Below are positions 11,701 to 22,999 of a stretch of 64,000 bases of DNA, piece by piece (within the stretch, counting starts at the first letter, position 1; each line of letters starts with the position of its first letter). The notes under the pieces are model-generated. The model ran no database searches. It was not told where the DNA came from and saw nothing but the letters and a program-made list of their open reading frames with translations. A program made the translations under genes and the position numbers. The DNA is from Octopus sinensis (lineage: Eukaryota): NCBI RefSeq assembly GCF_006345805.1, contig NC_042997.1, forward strand, positions 131,378,001 to 131,442,000. Direction: 5' to 3'.

Positions 11701-14700
11701 TCACTTGTCCTGCTGGGTCTTCTCGCGCACAGCACACTTCCAGAGGTCTCGGTCTCTAGTCATTTCCTCAGTGAGACCTAAAGTTCGAAGGTCGTGCTTC
11801 ACCACCTCGTCCCAGGTTTTCCTGGGTCTGCCTCTTCCACAGGTTCCCTCAACCGCTAGGGTGTGGCACTTTTTCACACAACTATCTTCATCCATTCTCG
11901 CCACATGACCATACCAGCACAAACGTCTCTCTTGCACACCACAACTGATGCTTCTTAGGTCCAGCTTTTCTCTCAAGGTACTTACACTCTGCCGAGTGTG
12001 AGTACCGGCATTACACATCCATCGGAGCATACTGGCTTCATTTCTAGCGAGCTTACGCATATCCTCAGCAGTCACGGCCCATGTTTCACTGCCATGTAGC
12101 ATGGCTGTTCGTACACACGCATCATACAGTCTGCCTTTCACTCTGTGCGAGAGGCCTTTTGTCACCAGCAGAGGTAAGAGCTCTCTGAACTTTGCCCAAG
12201 CTATTCTTACTCTAGCAGTTACACTTTCAGCACACCCGCCCCCGCTGCTGACTTGGTCACCTAGGTAACGGAAACTATCAACTATTTCTAGTTTTTCTCC
12301 CTGGAAAGTGACGGAAGTTGGTCTCAGAGCATTTTCAGTGTTTATTGTTCCTGAGCATCTGCCACATACAAAAACCATCTTCCTAGTTAGCCTTCCTTTG
12401 ACATTGCTGCATCTCTTATGTGTCCATAGCTTACACTTGGTGCATCTTATAGAGTTTCTACCTACACCTTTTCTACAGATCAAGCAGGGTCATCTACCTG
12501 AAGGTGTTTGTGATTTGTCTACCTTCCTACTGATTACGACTTTGGTTTTAGCTAGATTGACTCTGAGGCCCTTCGATTCTAATCCTTGTTTCCACACCTG
12601 AAACTTCTCCTCCAGTTCTGATAGCGACTCAGCAATTAGAGCAAGGTCATCAGCATAGAGGAGCTCCCAAGGGCATCCTGTCTTGAATTCCTCCGTTATT
12701 GCCTGGAGGACTATGATAAATAGGAGGGGGCTGAGTACTGAGCCTTGGTGGACTCCTACCTCTACCCGGAATTCTTCACTGTACACATTTCCAACCCTCA
12801 CCCTACTAGCGGCGTCCCTATACATGGCCCGCACAGCTCTCACTAACCATTCATCTATCCCTAGTTTCCTCATTGCCCACCAGATAAGGGATCGGGGGAC
12901 CCTGTCGAAGGCTTTCTCCATGTCAACAAAAGCCAGGTACAGGGGCTTATCTTTGGCTAGGTATTTCTCCTGCAGCTGCCTTACCAGGAATATAGCATCA
13001 GTAGTACTTTTCCCTGGCACAAACCCAAACTGCATCTCATCTAAACTAACTCTCTCTCTAATTAGTTGGGCTATGACCCTCTCCGTAACCTTCATCACCT
13101 GGTCCAACAGCTTGATACCTCTGTAGTTATTTGTATCTAGGGCATCACCTTTACCTTTGTAGCAGTTGACTATTATACTGCTACACCAGTCATTGGGTAT
13201 GACCCCTTTGTGTATCACCTGATTAACTATACGGGTGACTAGGCTATAGCCGACACTACCAGACATTTTGAGCATCTCTGCAGTGATTCCTGATGGGCCT
13301 GGGGCTTTCCCTGTCTTCATGCTTTTAATTGCCTTAGCTACCACGGAACTATCAACTCGGATAGCTGGTCCCTCTGTTGGGTCAACATTCGGCAGACTCT
13401 CTTTATCCCATTCATTTTCTTCATTCAGCAACCTTTCATAGTGGCATCTCCAAACCTCTCTCTTTGCATCCTCATTTAGCGCAAGTGAACCATCTTCCAT
13501 GCGAACACACTTCTCTCCTACCACATCACGATTCTCTCTCACACACTGTCTTGCAACACGAAACACCTCCAGTCTTTGGTCCTCACGGCGCAGAACATTG
13601 GCAAATTTTTCTTATCTGCTTCCCCTCTGGCTAAATAAACCTGTCTCCTAGCTTCTCTTTTGGCAGTCTGATACAATCCCCTGCTACCCCCATTTTATCC
13701 AGACCTTCCAAGCCTGTCTCTTTTCTCTAATAGCCCTGTCTACAATATTGTTCCACCACCACGTTATTCTAGGTCGAGAGGGGACTTTGCACCAGCCACA
13801 GATCTGGTCAGTGGCTCTCAGCAGGTTGTCCCTTAGAAACGTCCAGCTGTCTTCTACCCCCTGTGATTCTCTATCCCCTTCTACTTCGTCAGAGGCTTCA
13901 AGTAATATGTCCCTAAATCTCTGTCCATTTGCAGGATCTTTAAGCTTCCAGATCCTTCTTCTCCATATTTGTCGTCTTCTGGTTGTCCTCCTAGTCCTAA
14001 TCCTAAAGTCACTAACTACCAGTCTATGTTGTGGGGTACATTCTTCACCTGGGAAGGTTTTGGCATTTATAAGCAGCCATCTCTCCCTTTGCCTTGTAAG
14101 GATGTAGTCAATTTGGCTGGTATGTTGGCCCGATTGGTAAGTGACTAGGTGGCTGGTAGGTTTCCTGAAGTTAGTGTTGCAAATCATAAGATTATTTGCA
14201 TCGCAGAACTCCAGCAGCCTGGTTCCCTCCTCGTTGCGGGAGCCATAGCCATAGCCTCCATGTACGCCATGGAAGCCCCCAGCATGTCGTCCAACGTGAC
14301 CATTGAAGTCACCAGCCACAAAGATAAGGTCTCTGTCGTTCGTCAACGAGGTAGTCTGCAGTAGAGTGTCATAGAATCGGTCTTTCTGTCCATCGGGTAG
14401 CCCCGACTGAGGAGCATAGGCTGATATAATGGTTGCTAAACTATGATGAAGCACTAATCTAATCTTAAGTATTCTGTCACATACTCTGATTACCTCAATT
14501 ACTTTATCTACCCATTTCTCAGCGATAAGTATACCCACGCCACCAACCCCGTCAGTGTTCCCTGCCCAGAAAATCTTGTACCTGCGTTCCTTGCCTGTGA
14601 GGAACCTAGCTGATCCTCCTCTCCACCTTATTTCTTGCATGCAACATATATCCACACATCTCCGTTCAAGCATCTCAACTATCTCACCAGACCTACCTTT

Positions 14701-14868
14701 CAGAGTGCCAACGTTGAGGGTGCCAACCCTGAGGGTGTGGGAGGCATGGGCTCTAGAGACCCTGGGACGGTGGACAGTAGCTTCGTGTACCTGAAAAGAA
14801 AGCTCGCATTTGGCAGAATTCATGTGCAAGAAATGAAGTAGTAAAGTAGCCTTCAGTACAACCTGCAT
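11701..14868 (-). pseudogene. RTE ORF (APE endonuclease - reverse transcriptase - PHD-like finger - C-terminal domain), interrupted by one nonsense codon and a +1/-1 indel pair
   Basis: EN motifs GTLNVGTL, MQEIRW, SAYAPQ, AGDFNGH, SQIDYIL, QHRLV; RT motifs NYRGIKLL, QFGFVPGKSTTDAIF, FVDMEKAFD, GVHQGSVLSP, LLYADDL; RTE tail GRGRPRKTW; the three track ORFs (13684-14868, 12490-13566, 11701-12483) share one frame. Confidence 0.93.
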
Positions 14869-15040
14869 AACGCTAGCCTTTCATATTTTGCACTGTATGA
14901 ACATTACCTTACATAGGTCGAGACTAGGGGTAGGGAGGGGTAGGGATGGTGAGAGCATTTGCAGTCTTCATGGGAAGCAACCCCGGAATGGCAGAGAATA
15001 GGAACTTCCGGCATGCGTGTTGGGGGTGGGAGGGCGGATG

Positions 15041-15969
15041 CACCGTAGCTGAGTAAAGAGGTTCTGTTAATCGTATGAGCTAGCAAATGGGTTTGTATGA
15101 ATCGGGAGACAACACTAAACGAAAAATTGAAAAATCAGAGTGGCTATGAACCTGTAGACAAGTCTAAACGAAAAAAAATGTTTGAGCTAGACAGGGTAAT
15201 GAGGGAATACTGAAAGAATGAGGGACAATACAATGAGATGGAAATTGAAGAATAGAGAAAGAATAAGAATAAGTGCAAGAAAGAAGGTAGTCGTAGCGAG
15301 GTTGGACGATTCACTTAACTTTTAGCCATTCATGATCTGTGCGTATTCTTTAGATATTTTGAAGCGAGTGGGGCTAACGATAAATGCGATCGCTCTTTTA
15401 TATATGGCGATGATGGTTTTGGGAAGGGGGGGGCATAGAGAACCATGGCGATGATGGTTATGGGAAGGGGGGACATAGAGAGAGAGAGATAGGGTTAGTT
15501 AGAGAGAGAGGTCAAGGGACACGTGACAATAAGCGGTGTGAGGGAATTTGACTGGGGACGGCATTGTCGATAAATAAACATTAGATAAATAGGTTTGAAA
15601 ATCAGAAAAATCAGAGGGAATATCATTATTGATAGCTAATATATCACCGTAGCTGAGTAAAGAGGTTCTGTTAATCGTATGAGCTAGCAAATGGGTTTGT
15701 ATGAATCGGGAGACAACACTAAACGAAAAATTGAAAAATCAGAGTGGCTATGAACCTGTAGACAAGTCTAAACGAAAAAAAATGTTTGAGCTAGACAGGG
15801 TAATGAGGGAATACTGAAAGAATGAGCGACAATACAATGAGATGGAAATTGAAGAATAGAGAAAGAATAAGAATAAGTGCAAGAAAGAAGGTAGGCGTAG
15901 CGAGGTTGGACGATTCACTTAACTTTTAGCCATTCATGATCTGTGCGTATTCTTTAGATATTTTGAAGC
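15041..15969. repeat. 325-bp direct repeat (15041-15365 and 15645-15969) at the RTE 5' end
   Basis: caccgtagctgagtaaag...tattttgaagc twice; two mismatches seen; both minus-strand ORFs start MLAHTINRTSLLSYG. Confidence 0.95.
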
Positions 15970-17074
15970 ATATATATGTACATATCTATATAAGAGTGAT
16001 AAATATATATAGATATCATTATAGATTTATAGGTAGATATGTCATATATTACAAATGTGTAAACACATCTGTATATGTATGAGTTGGTGTGTATATGCAT
16101 GAACAAATATAAGAAGTCTAAAACCTATTTAATTGCCAAAGCTATTTCTGTGTTAGATGCTTTCAGAATTATATAAACACTTAGAACTTCTACTTCATTA
16201 TTTCAAGTCATTTGAAAATCTGCCTTCTAACCAAATTTTATTCTCTTGCCTTCTATATAAATATTTCCTTTTCAATGTTAACACTCTCTAGTTTTAGAGA
16301 CTGTTAAGATCTCCACTTTGAAATCAACCATGTTTCATTTTAATTCTGAATTCAGTGACTTTCTTCTACAAGTGAGAAATCTCTCTCCATTTCAGTTAGA
16401 TTTCAATGGTTCATAACATAATCGTCAGGAAATTTTTAATGTATTTTTATATTGAACTTTATCAAGAGATCAGTGTGTTTTAATGTTGGAAAACTGCTGG
16501 AAATAAATAACTTTAAAATAAAATAGTGAAAATGGTTGGGTCTTAATGTTGTGGGTTATTGTTTGTAAGAGATTTGTTTAAATCATATTTCTGAGCTTAG
16601 TGTATCATAAAGGGTTGAACCATACACATATTTATGATATTTTAATATAATGATATAGGAGTAAATTCTCACTAGACATCATTCATCTTTGAGTTTTAGT
16701 GCTCTAGTCAATGACCTGAGATTATTGTTACTTAATGTAACAGTTTTCTGAAGCAATTGTATATATAGTCAATAACTATATATACATGAGTATGTATGTG
16801 TATATATGTATAATAGCAAATAACATTTGGAGTAGTTATATATTAAGCTGTAAAGTAAGCACTCACACAATGTAGCAACCATTTTAACTTTAACTCAAAG
16901 AGGCAAACATCGAACAATGCTTAAATCAAATAAAGGAATGGATGACAATTTTAATTTAAAAAATACATTGAAATGAATTGATGCACCAAAATCACAAGTA
17001 AAATTGGAAATAAGCAATGTAATGAAAGGAGGAAGAATCTCTTTGGCAGATGTGGCGACAACTCTGGACATAGT

Positions 17075-17438
17075 CTTTTACTTGTTTCAGTTATGTGAGT
17101 GTGGCTATACTGGAGCACCGCCTTTAGTCGAGCAAATCGATCCAAGGACTTATTCTTTGTTAGCCTAGTACTTATTCTATCAGTTTATTTTGCTGAACTG
17201 CTAAGTTACAGGGACGTAAACACACCAGCATCGGTTGTCAAGCGATGTTGGGGGACGAACACACACATATACACATATAATGGGCTTCTTTCAGTTTCCG
17301 TCTACCAAATCCACTCACAAGGCTTTGGTTGGCCCGAGGCTATAGCAGAAGACACTTGCCCAAGGTGCCATACAGTGGGACTGAACCTGAAACCATGTGA
17401 TTCGTAAGCGAGCTACTTACCACACAGCCACTTCTATG
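17075..17438 (-). mobile_element. SINE family B
   Basis: Reverse-complement match to the 4698-5105 copy. Confidence 0.85.
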
Positions 17439-17682
17439 CTTGTTTAGATATTATTAGCTCTCCTCAACAAAATGTAATGTGTCTTATCACACCAATAGAA
17501 AGGAATAAAATATTGAACAATATTGGTACAGGCATGATTATGTGATTTAGAAGTTCACTTCCCGGTCACATTGTTTCAGGTTTAGTTCCACTGTGTGGCG
17601 CCTTAGGGCAGTGTCTCTTGCTATAGTCTTGGGCTAATCAAAGCTGTGATAGATGAGTGAGAGGTATGAGGTGTACTCTCTC

Positions 17683-18033
17683 TTTTTACTCTTTTACTTG
17701 TTTCAGTCATTTGACTGCAGCCATGCTGAAGCACCACCTTTAGTTGAGGAAATTGACCCTAGGACTTATTCTTTGTAAGCCAAGTACTTATTCTATCAGT
17801 CTCTTTTGCCGAACCGCTAAGTTACAGGGACGTAAACACACCAGCATCGGTTGTCAAGCAATGTTGGTGGGGAAAAACACAGACACACACATATACATAT
17901 ATATGATGGGCTTCTTTCAGTTTCCATCTACCAAATCCACTCACAAGGCTTTGGTCAGCCTGAGGCTATATAGTAGGTGGGACTGAACCCAGAACCATGT
18001 GGTTGATAAGCAACTTACCACACAGCCACTCCT
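17683..18033 (-). mobile_element. SINE family B with an internal deletion in the CORE-like block
   Basis: Jumps from aggctata to gtgggactgaacc near 17970. Confidence 0.8.
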
Positions 18034-18334
18034 GTGTGTGTGTGTACATGCACACATACTTGATCGTTTACCCAGTTTCCATTGACCAAATTTCACTCTG
18101 AAGCTTCTGATCAACACTGAGCTTTGGCAGAAGAAACCTAGCCTAAGTGTCATACATTAGAAACAGATTTGGGAGCAGGCAAGGCTGTACAGTAAGAAGT
18201 TTGCTGCTTCCCAACCACATGATTCCAGGTTCAGTCCCACTGTGTGACACCTTGGGCATGTCTCTTCTACATTAGCCTCAGGCCAACCAAAACCTTGTAA
18301 GTGGATTTGGTTGATAGAAACTGAAAGAAGCTTC

Positions 18335-18919
18335 AAGGCGGCAAGGTAGCAGAAACGTTAGTACGCCGGGTGAAATGCTTGGCAGTATTTTGCCTGCCAC
18401 TACGTTCTGAGTTCAAATTCCTCTGAGGTCAACTTTGCCTTTCATCCTTTCAGGGTTGATTAAATAAATACCAGTTACGCACTGGGGTCAATGTAATCGA
18501 CTTAATCCGTTTGTCTGTCCTTGTTTGTCCTCTCTGTGTTTAGCTCCTTTTGGGTAGTAAAGAAATAGGTATTTCGTTTGCTGTTACATTCTGAGTTGAA
18601 ATTCCATTGAGGTTGACTTTGCCTTTCATCCTTTCGGGGTTGATTAAAAAAAGTACCAGTTACGCGCTGGGGTCGATGTAATCGATTTAGTCTCTTTGTC
18701 CTTGTTTGTCCCCTCTATGGGTAGTAAAGAAATAGGTATTTCATCTGCCATTACGTTCTGAGTTCAAATTCTGCTGAGGTTGACTTTGGCTTTCATCCTT
18801 TCGGGGTCGATAAATTAAGTACCAGTTATGCACTGGGATCGATATAATCAACTTAATCCCTTTGTCTCTCTTTGTTTGTCCCCTCTATGTTTAGCCCCTT
18901 GTGGGCAATAAAGAAATAA
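18335..18919 (+). mobile_element. SINE family A trimer nested in a CORE-like SINE, 15-bp TSD
   Basis: Junctions aagaaata|ggtattt at ~18568 and ~18735; flanks gaaactgaaagaagc (18317-18331) and gaaactgaaagaaac (18920-18934). Confidence 0.85.
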
Positions 18920-19183
18920 GAAACTGAAAGAAACCTGTCAGGAGTGTGTCTGTGGTTGTCCACTATCACCACTTGAAAACTAGTGTTGGTGTATTAATGT
19001 CCTCATAACTTAACAATTTGACAAAAGAGAATGATAGAATGATAGAATGGGATTTATACATTCAACTAAAATTCTTCAAGGTGGTGTCCCAGCATGGCTG
19101 CAGTCTAGACTGAAACCAGTATAAGATAACTGATAAGATGTTGTGAAGCAAACTCCCTAATCCCTGCCTGTATCCCAAAGGTT

Positions 19184-19290
19184 GCTTAACAGCACTGAGG
19201 TTTTCCTAATAGCCAACCTTCTAATTATTAATCAGGCTTAACATTGCTTGACTCTGTTGATCAAACAAGAGATAATTTTTCATGGTGATA
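19184..19290 (-). pseudogene. Decayed 5S rRNA-derived sequence (pseudogene or SINE3-type head)
   Basis: Minus strand ...ctcttgtttgatcaacagagtcaagcaatgttaagcctgattaataattagaaggttggctattaggaaaacctcagtgctgttaagc is colinear with metazoan 5S (tctcgtccgatcaccgaagttaagc...ggttagtacttggatgggtgacc.cctgggaataccgggtgctgtaggc), differing mostly by transitions. Confidence 0.55.
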
Positions 19291-19901
19291 GGGATAAGAT
19301 TTTAATATATGTGATATTAATATAAGCATCAATTTGAGAACCCAGCAGCCTACTGATGGCTTGTTTGGCAAATAACAGATACATCATTTTGATTTTCATT
19401 AATGAACCAGTTATTCTTTATAGGTCTCAAATTGACACACATTATGTCTGTGTGTACACACAGACACAAATATAAGTTCAATACACACATACACATAGTT
19501 ATACATATACATACATATTCGTTTATTTTTGCTCGCAGAGACATATATATTTAATTTGAAATGGTAGCTGGTTGATTGAAATGCTTGCCTCCTGCTGAAA
19601 AGAATAGGGATAACAATGATGCTGATGATAACAACAACAGCATAGGATACAACCAGCCATTCATTACACAACTCTAATTCAGTGTTAACACAGAAACATT
19701 CTATAGTTTGATAGGTGGAGAGAGAAATACACTGTAATATTGAAATTATTTCATTTTATTTTCTGCATTTATTTAATTATTTATTAAAATTTTCATTGAA
19801 AAATTTGCTTGTTTGTTTATTAACAAATTTATTTATATTTAGTTATTTTTATATTTATTTCTATTTCTATTTATTTATTTATTAATGTATTCCTTTCATA
19901 G

Positions 19902-19979
19902 TGTGCCTGCATTGTTTGGTTTGACAACTGGCACTCTGTGAACAGTTCTCTCAATAGCTCTGATAAACTGACTGCAAAG
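19902..19979 (+). CDS. Candidate 78-nt phase 0/0 exon (CACIVWFDNWHSVNSSLNSSDKLTAK), product unknown
   Basis: attcctttcatag| ... AAG|gtatat; one open frame; locally higher GC; no recognisable homology. Confidence 0.25.
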
Positions 19980-20416
19980 GTATATTTGATTAGTTAGTTG
20001 TTCACTTGATTCATAACCAACAGATTAACTCAATCCAAAGCTTTCTGGTTGAAATTGCAGGATACTGGCTGAGCTGGACATCGTTTTCATGGCTGACTGA
20101 TTAAACACATTTTCTAGCCTTTTGCGAAGAGAGGGAAAGAAAGTAAGAAAGAGACAAGGTATACTCTATATATGCAGAAAGAGTGGAAGATAGAGATGGG
20201 TCTCTATGTGTACATACAAACACATGCACACACACACATACAGCGAGAGAGTGTGTGTGTGTGTGTGTGAGATAATGGTGTTTGTGCATGTGCATGTATA
20301 AAGATAGTGAAAGGGATTGATTTAATGTAGATATATACACACACAATCACAAAATTTACAGAAAGAGTGAGTGACAGTGAAAGAGAAAACGTGTGTAGGG
20401 GCGTGTGTTTACATAT

Positions 20417-20563
20417 ACAGAGAGAAAGAAAAAGAGAGAGATTTGCCTGCATCTTTCTGTAGATATATATATATATATATGATGATGATGATGATATATA
20501 TATATATATATACATACATACAGGGAGAAAGAAAAAAAGAGAGATTTTCCTGCATCTTTCTGT

Positions 20564-20605
<42 letters not shown>

Positions 20606-20690
20606 AGGGAGAAAGAAAAAAAGAGAGAGATTTACCTGCATCTTTCTGTAGATATATATATATATACATACACACATACATACACACTGA
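20417..20690. repeat. Three tandem ~85-100-bp units, each carrying a (TA)n tract
   Basis: acag(g/a)gagaaagaaaaaaagagagattt(g/t/a)cctgcatctttctgtagat(at)n three times. Confidence 0.9.
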
Positions 20691-21151
20691 AAGAAAAAGC
20701 AAGTGTGTGTGTGTGTAAACACATACAAGGAGGGAGTGGTAAATACATACACTGTTATATACAGAAAGAGGGAGATATGGTGAGAGAGAAATGTAAAGAA
20801 ACAGTAACAGAGATAGAGTACACATACACTGCAAAAATACATGCACACAGGTATGTGTGCATGTGTGTGTGTAAGTATGCATAAAGAGAGAGAATGGGGT
20901 TGGGAGCAAACCTTGTTTTGCATAAAGTTCTCTTTGTAGTAAAAGCAACAAGACATGACAAATTATTGAAATTATAGCCATCTATAGGTTGTTTCTCAAA
21001 GAGAAACCTATATTTGTGAATAGATTGGTAATAAATCACCAATTGGCATAATAGGAACGCATAAATGGATTTATGTGTTTTGATATTTTTCTAGAATTAT
21101 TTCAGTAAAGCAATTACTATCTACAGTAATGTTTCTGCTCTGATATTGCAG

Positions 21152-21475
21152 ATCTTGTGCCTGTTTTGTCAGACTGCTGTTTTTGCAATACTATATGCAT
21201 CTCACCAAAAATATATGCTTAGTATAAATAATATAGAAAATCTTACTGGTTTTTATATTGTCTGGATAGATGGATATATGTTTATTAAGAAATATACACA
21301 GGTGTGTTTGTGTGCATATAAATGCAAGGAAGCAGGTGTGTGAATGTATTTGTGATGTATGTACGCCTGACTGAACAAATGAAATGGGAAGTCTATTAAC
21401 CAATTTAATGTTGTGCTGTTTGTATGTTTTCTCTTGCAGCTCATTTGGTTAGTAAGAGAAGTGGGCAATTTATGA
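21152..21475 (+). CDS. Two further candidate phase-0 exons (21152-21301; 21440-21475 ending TGA)
   Basis: tattgcag|ATC...CAG|gtgtgt and tttctcttgcag|CTC...TGA; open in frame with 19902-19979; no homology recognised. Confidence 0.15.
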
Positions 21476-21940
21476 TATCTATGTTAAGAAGAGGATGTTA
21501 GTTCAGCTAAAAAAGATGAGCTGTTAATATGGATAGAACAAAAAATTAAAGAAGCTAACAGATTTTTCTCTCATTTTCTTCAATGTTTGAACAAACATGT
21601 ATTCAGAAAATACACATTTTTTTCTTTTTTGTTTTTTCTTTTTTATCTTGTTTTATTCATTGGACTGCTGCCATGCTGGAGCACTGCTGTGATGGGTTTA
21701 GTCAAATATTTTTAAGGTCTGGTACTTATTCTATTACTCTTTTTTGCTGACCAGCTTAGTTATAGGAGCATAAACAAATATCAGTTTTCAAGCAGTGGCA
21801 AGGAACAAATACAAAGACACATGCATGTGTGTGTGTGTGTGTGTGTCTTCTACCTGACCAGCTCCTGTCAAACTGTCCAACCCATGCCTGCATGGAAGGT
21901 GGACATTAAACGATAATGATGATGATGATATATATGATGC

Positions 21941-22327
21941 TTTTTTTTTTTTACTTGTTTCGGTCATTTGACTGCGGCCATGCTGGAGCACTGCCTTTAG
22001 TCAAGCAAATCGACCCCAGAACTTATTCTTTGTAAGCCTAGTACTTATTCTATTGGTCTCTTTTGCCGAACTGCTAAGTTACGGGGACGCAAACACACCA
22101 GCATCGGTTGTCAAGCGATGTTGGGGGAACAATCACAGACACACAAACACATATACATATACGCAACGGGCTTCTTTCAGTTTCCGTCTACCAAATCCAC
22201 TCACAAGGCTTTGGTTGGCCCGAGGCTATAATAGAAGACACTTGCCCAAAGTGCCACATAGTGGGGAAAGAACCCGGAACCATGTGGTTGGTAAGCAAGC
22301 TACTTACCACACAGCCTCTCCTGTGCC
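21941..22327 (-). mobile_element. SINE family B
   Basis: Full reverse-complement match, CpGs retained. Confidence 0.85.
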
Positions 22328-22931
22328 TTTATGTATGTTTGATATATATATATTTGTGTGTAAATTCAATATAGCAATATCTTCACCTTACTGCAACTTG
22401 ACGGTACACCCTGTCAGATTTCCACCATTTTTCTTTCCCAGCTGGAGTAACTATATATCTTCCTGTTTCTAACCCTATCGCATACTTTAGCCACTCATCA
22501 TCTGGTATAAAGCCACCGCTCTCTCTCAGTTCAGGTCTTGTCTTGCAAGTTACTTGGTGACCTCGCTAACCCTGGTGCCATGTATAAAAACAAAAAAACA
22601 AAAACACCCAGTACACTCAGCAAAGTGGTTGACGTCATGAGGGGCATTTAGCCATAGAAACCATGCGAAAGTAGATATTGGAGTTTGGTGCAGTTCTCTG
22701 GATTTTCAGCTTCTGTCAAACCATCCAACTCTTGCCAGTGTGGAAAGTGGACCATTAAATAGTGATGATGATGATGAAATACAGACTATATGCAATAATG
22801 GGAAAAACTTTGCACATAAGATATATTGTACTAAGAACTTGACAGCTATGCGTGGACTGTGTCACTGAAGAAATGTAATAATACCAAAACATGTCATGAA
22901 TTATTAACTTAACTGCTGAACAGAAGTTTAG

Positions 22932-22996
<65 letters not shown>
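22932..22996. repeat. (CT)n microsatellite
   Basis: Direct reading. Confidence 0.95.

Positions 22997-22999
<3 letters not shown>

Larger units (their letters stand above)
11101..15969 (-). mobile_element. Near full-length young RTE-clade LINE
   Basis: Single EN-RT ORF; 3' UTR ending aaacgatgatgatg (plus strand catcatcatcgttt at ~11101); CpG-rich extended 5' region with duplicated 325-bp block; no convincing TSD seen. Confidence 0.92.

Noticed and set aside
14970-15040. Possible HDV-like ribozyme at the RTE 5' end (ccggaa/ttccgg stem)
   Set aside because: Too little sequence between the strands for P2/P3/L3 and no G1 pairing; cannot be folded by eye
11090-15985. Possible TSD of the RTE (tatatgcatatc vs tatatgtacatatc)
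   Set aside because: Low-complexity AT sequence needing a 2-bp indel; not reliable
21440-21463. QLIWLVRE resembles the Integrator subunit 3 segment QLVWLVRE as recalled
   Set aside because: Flanking sequence does not match and a stop follows within four codons; likely coincidence
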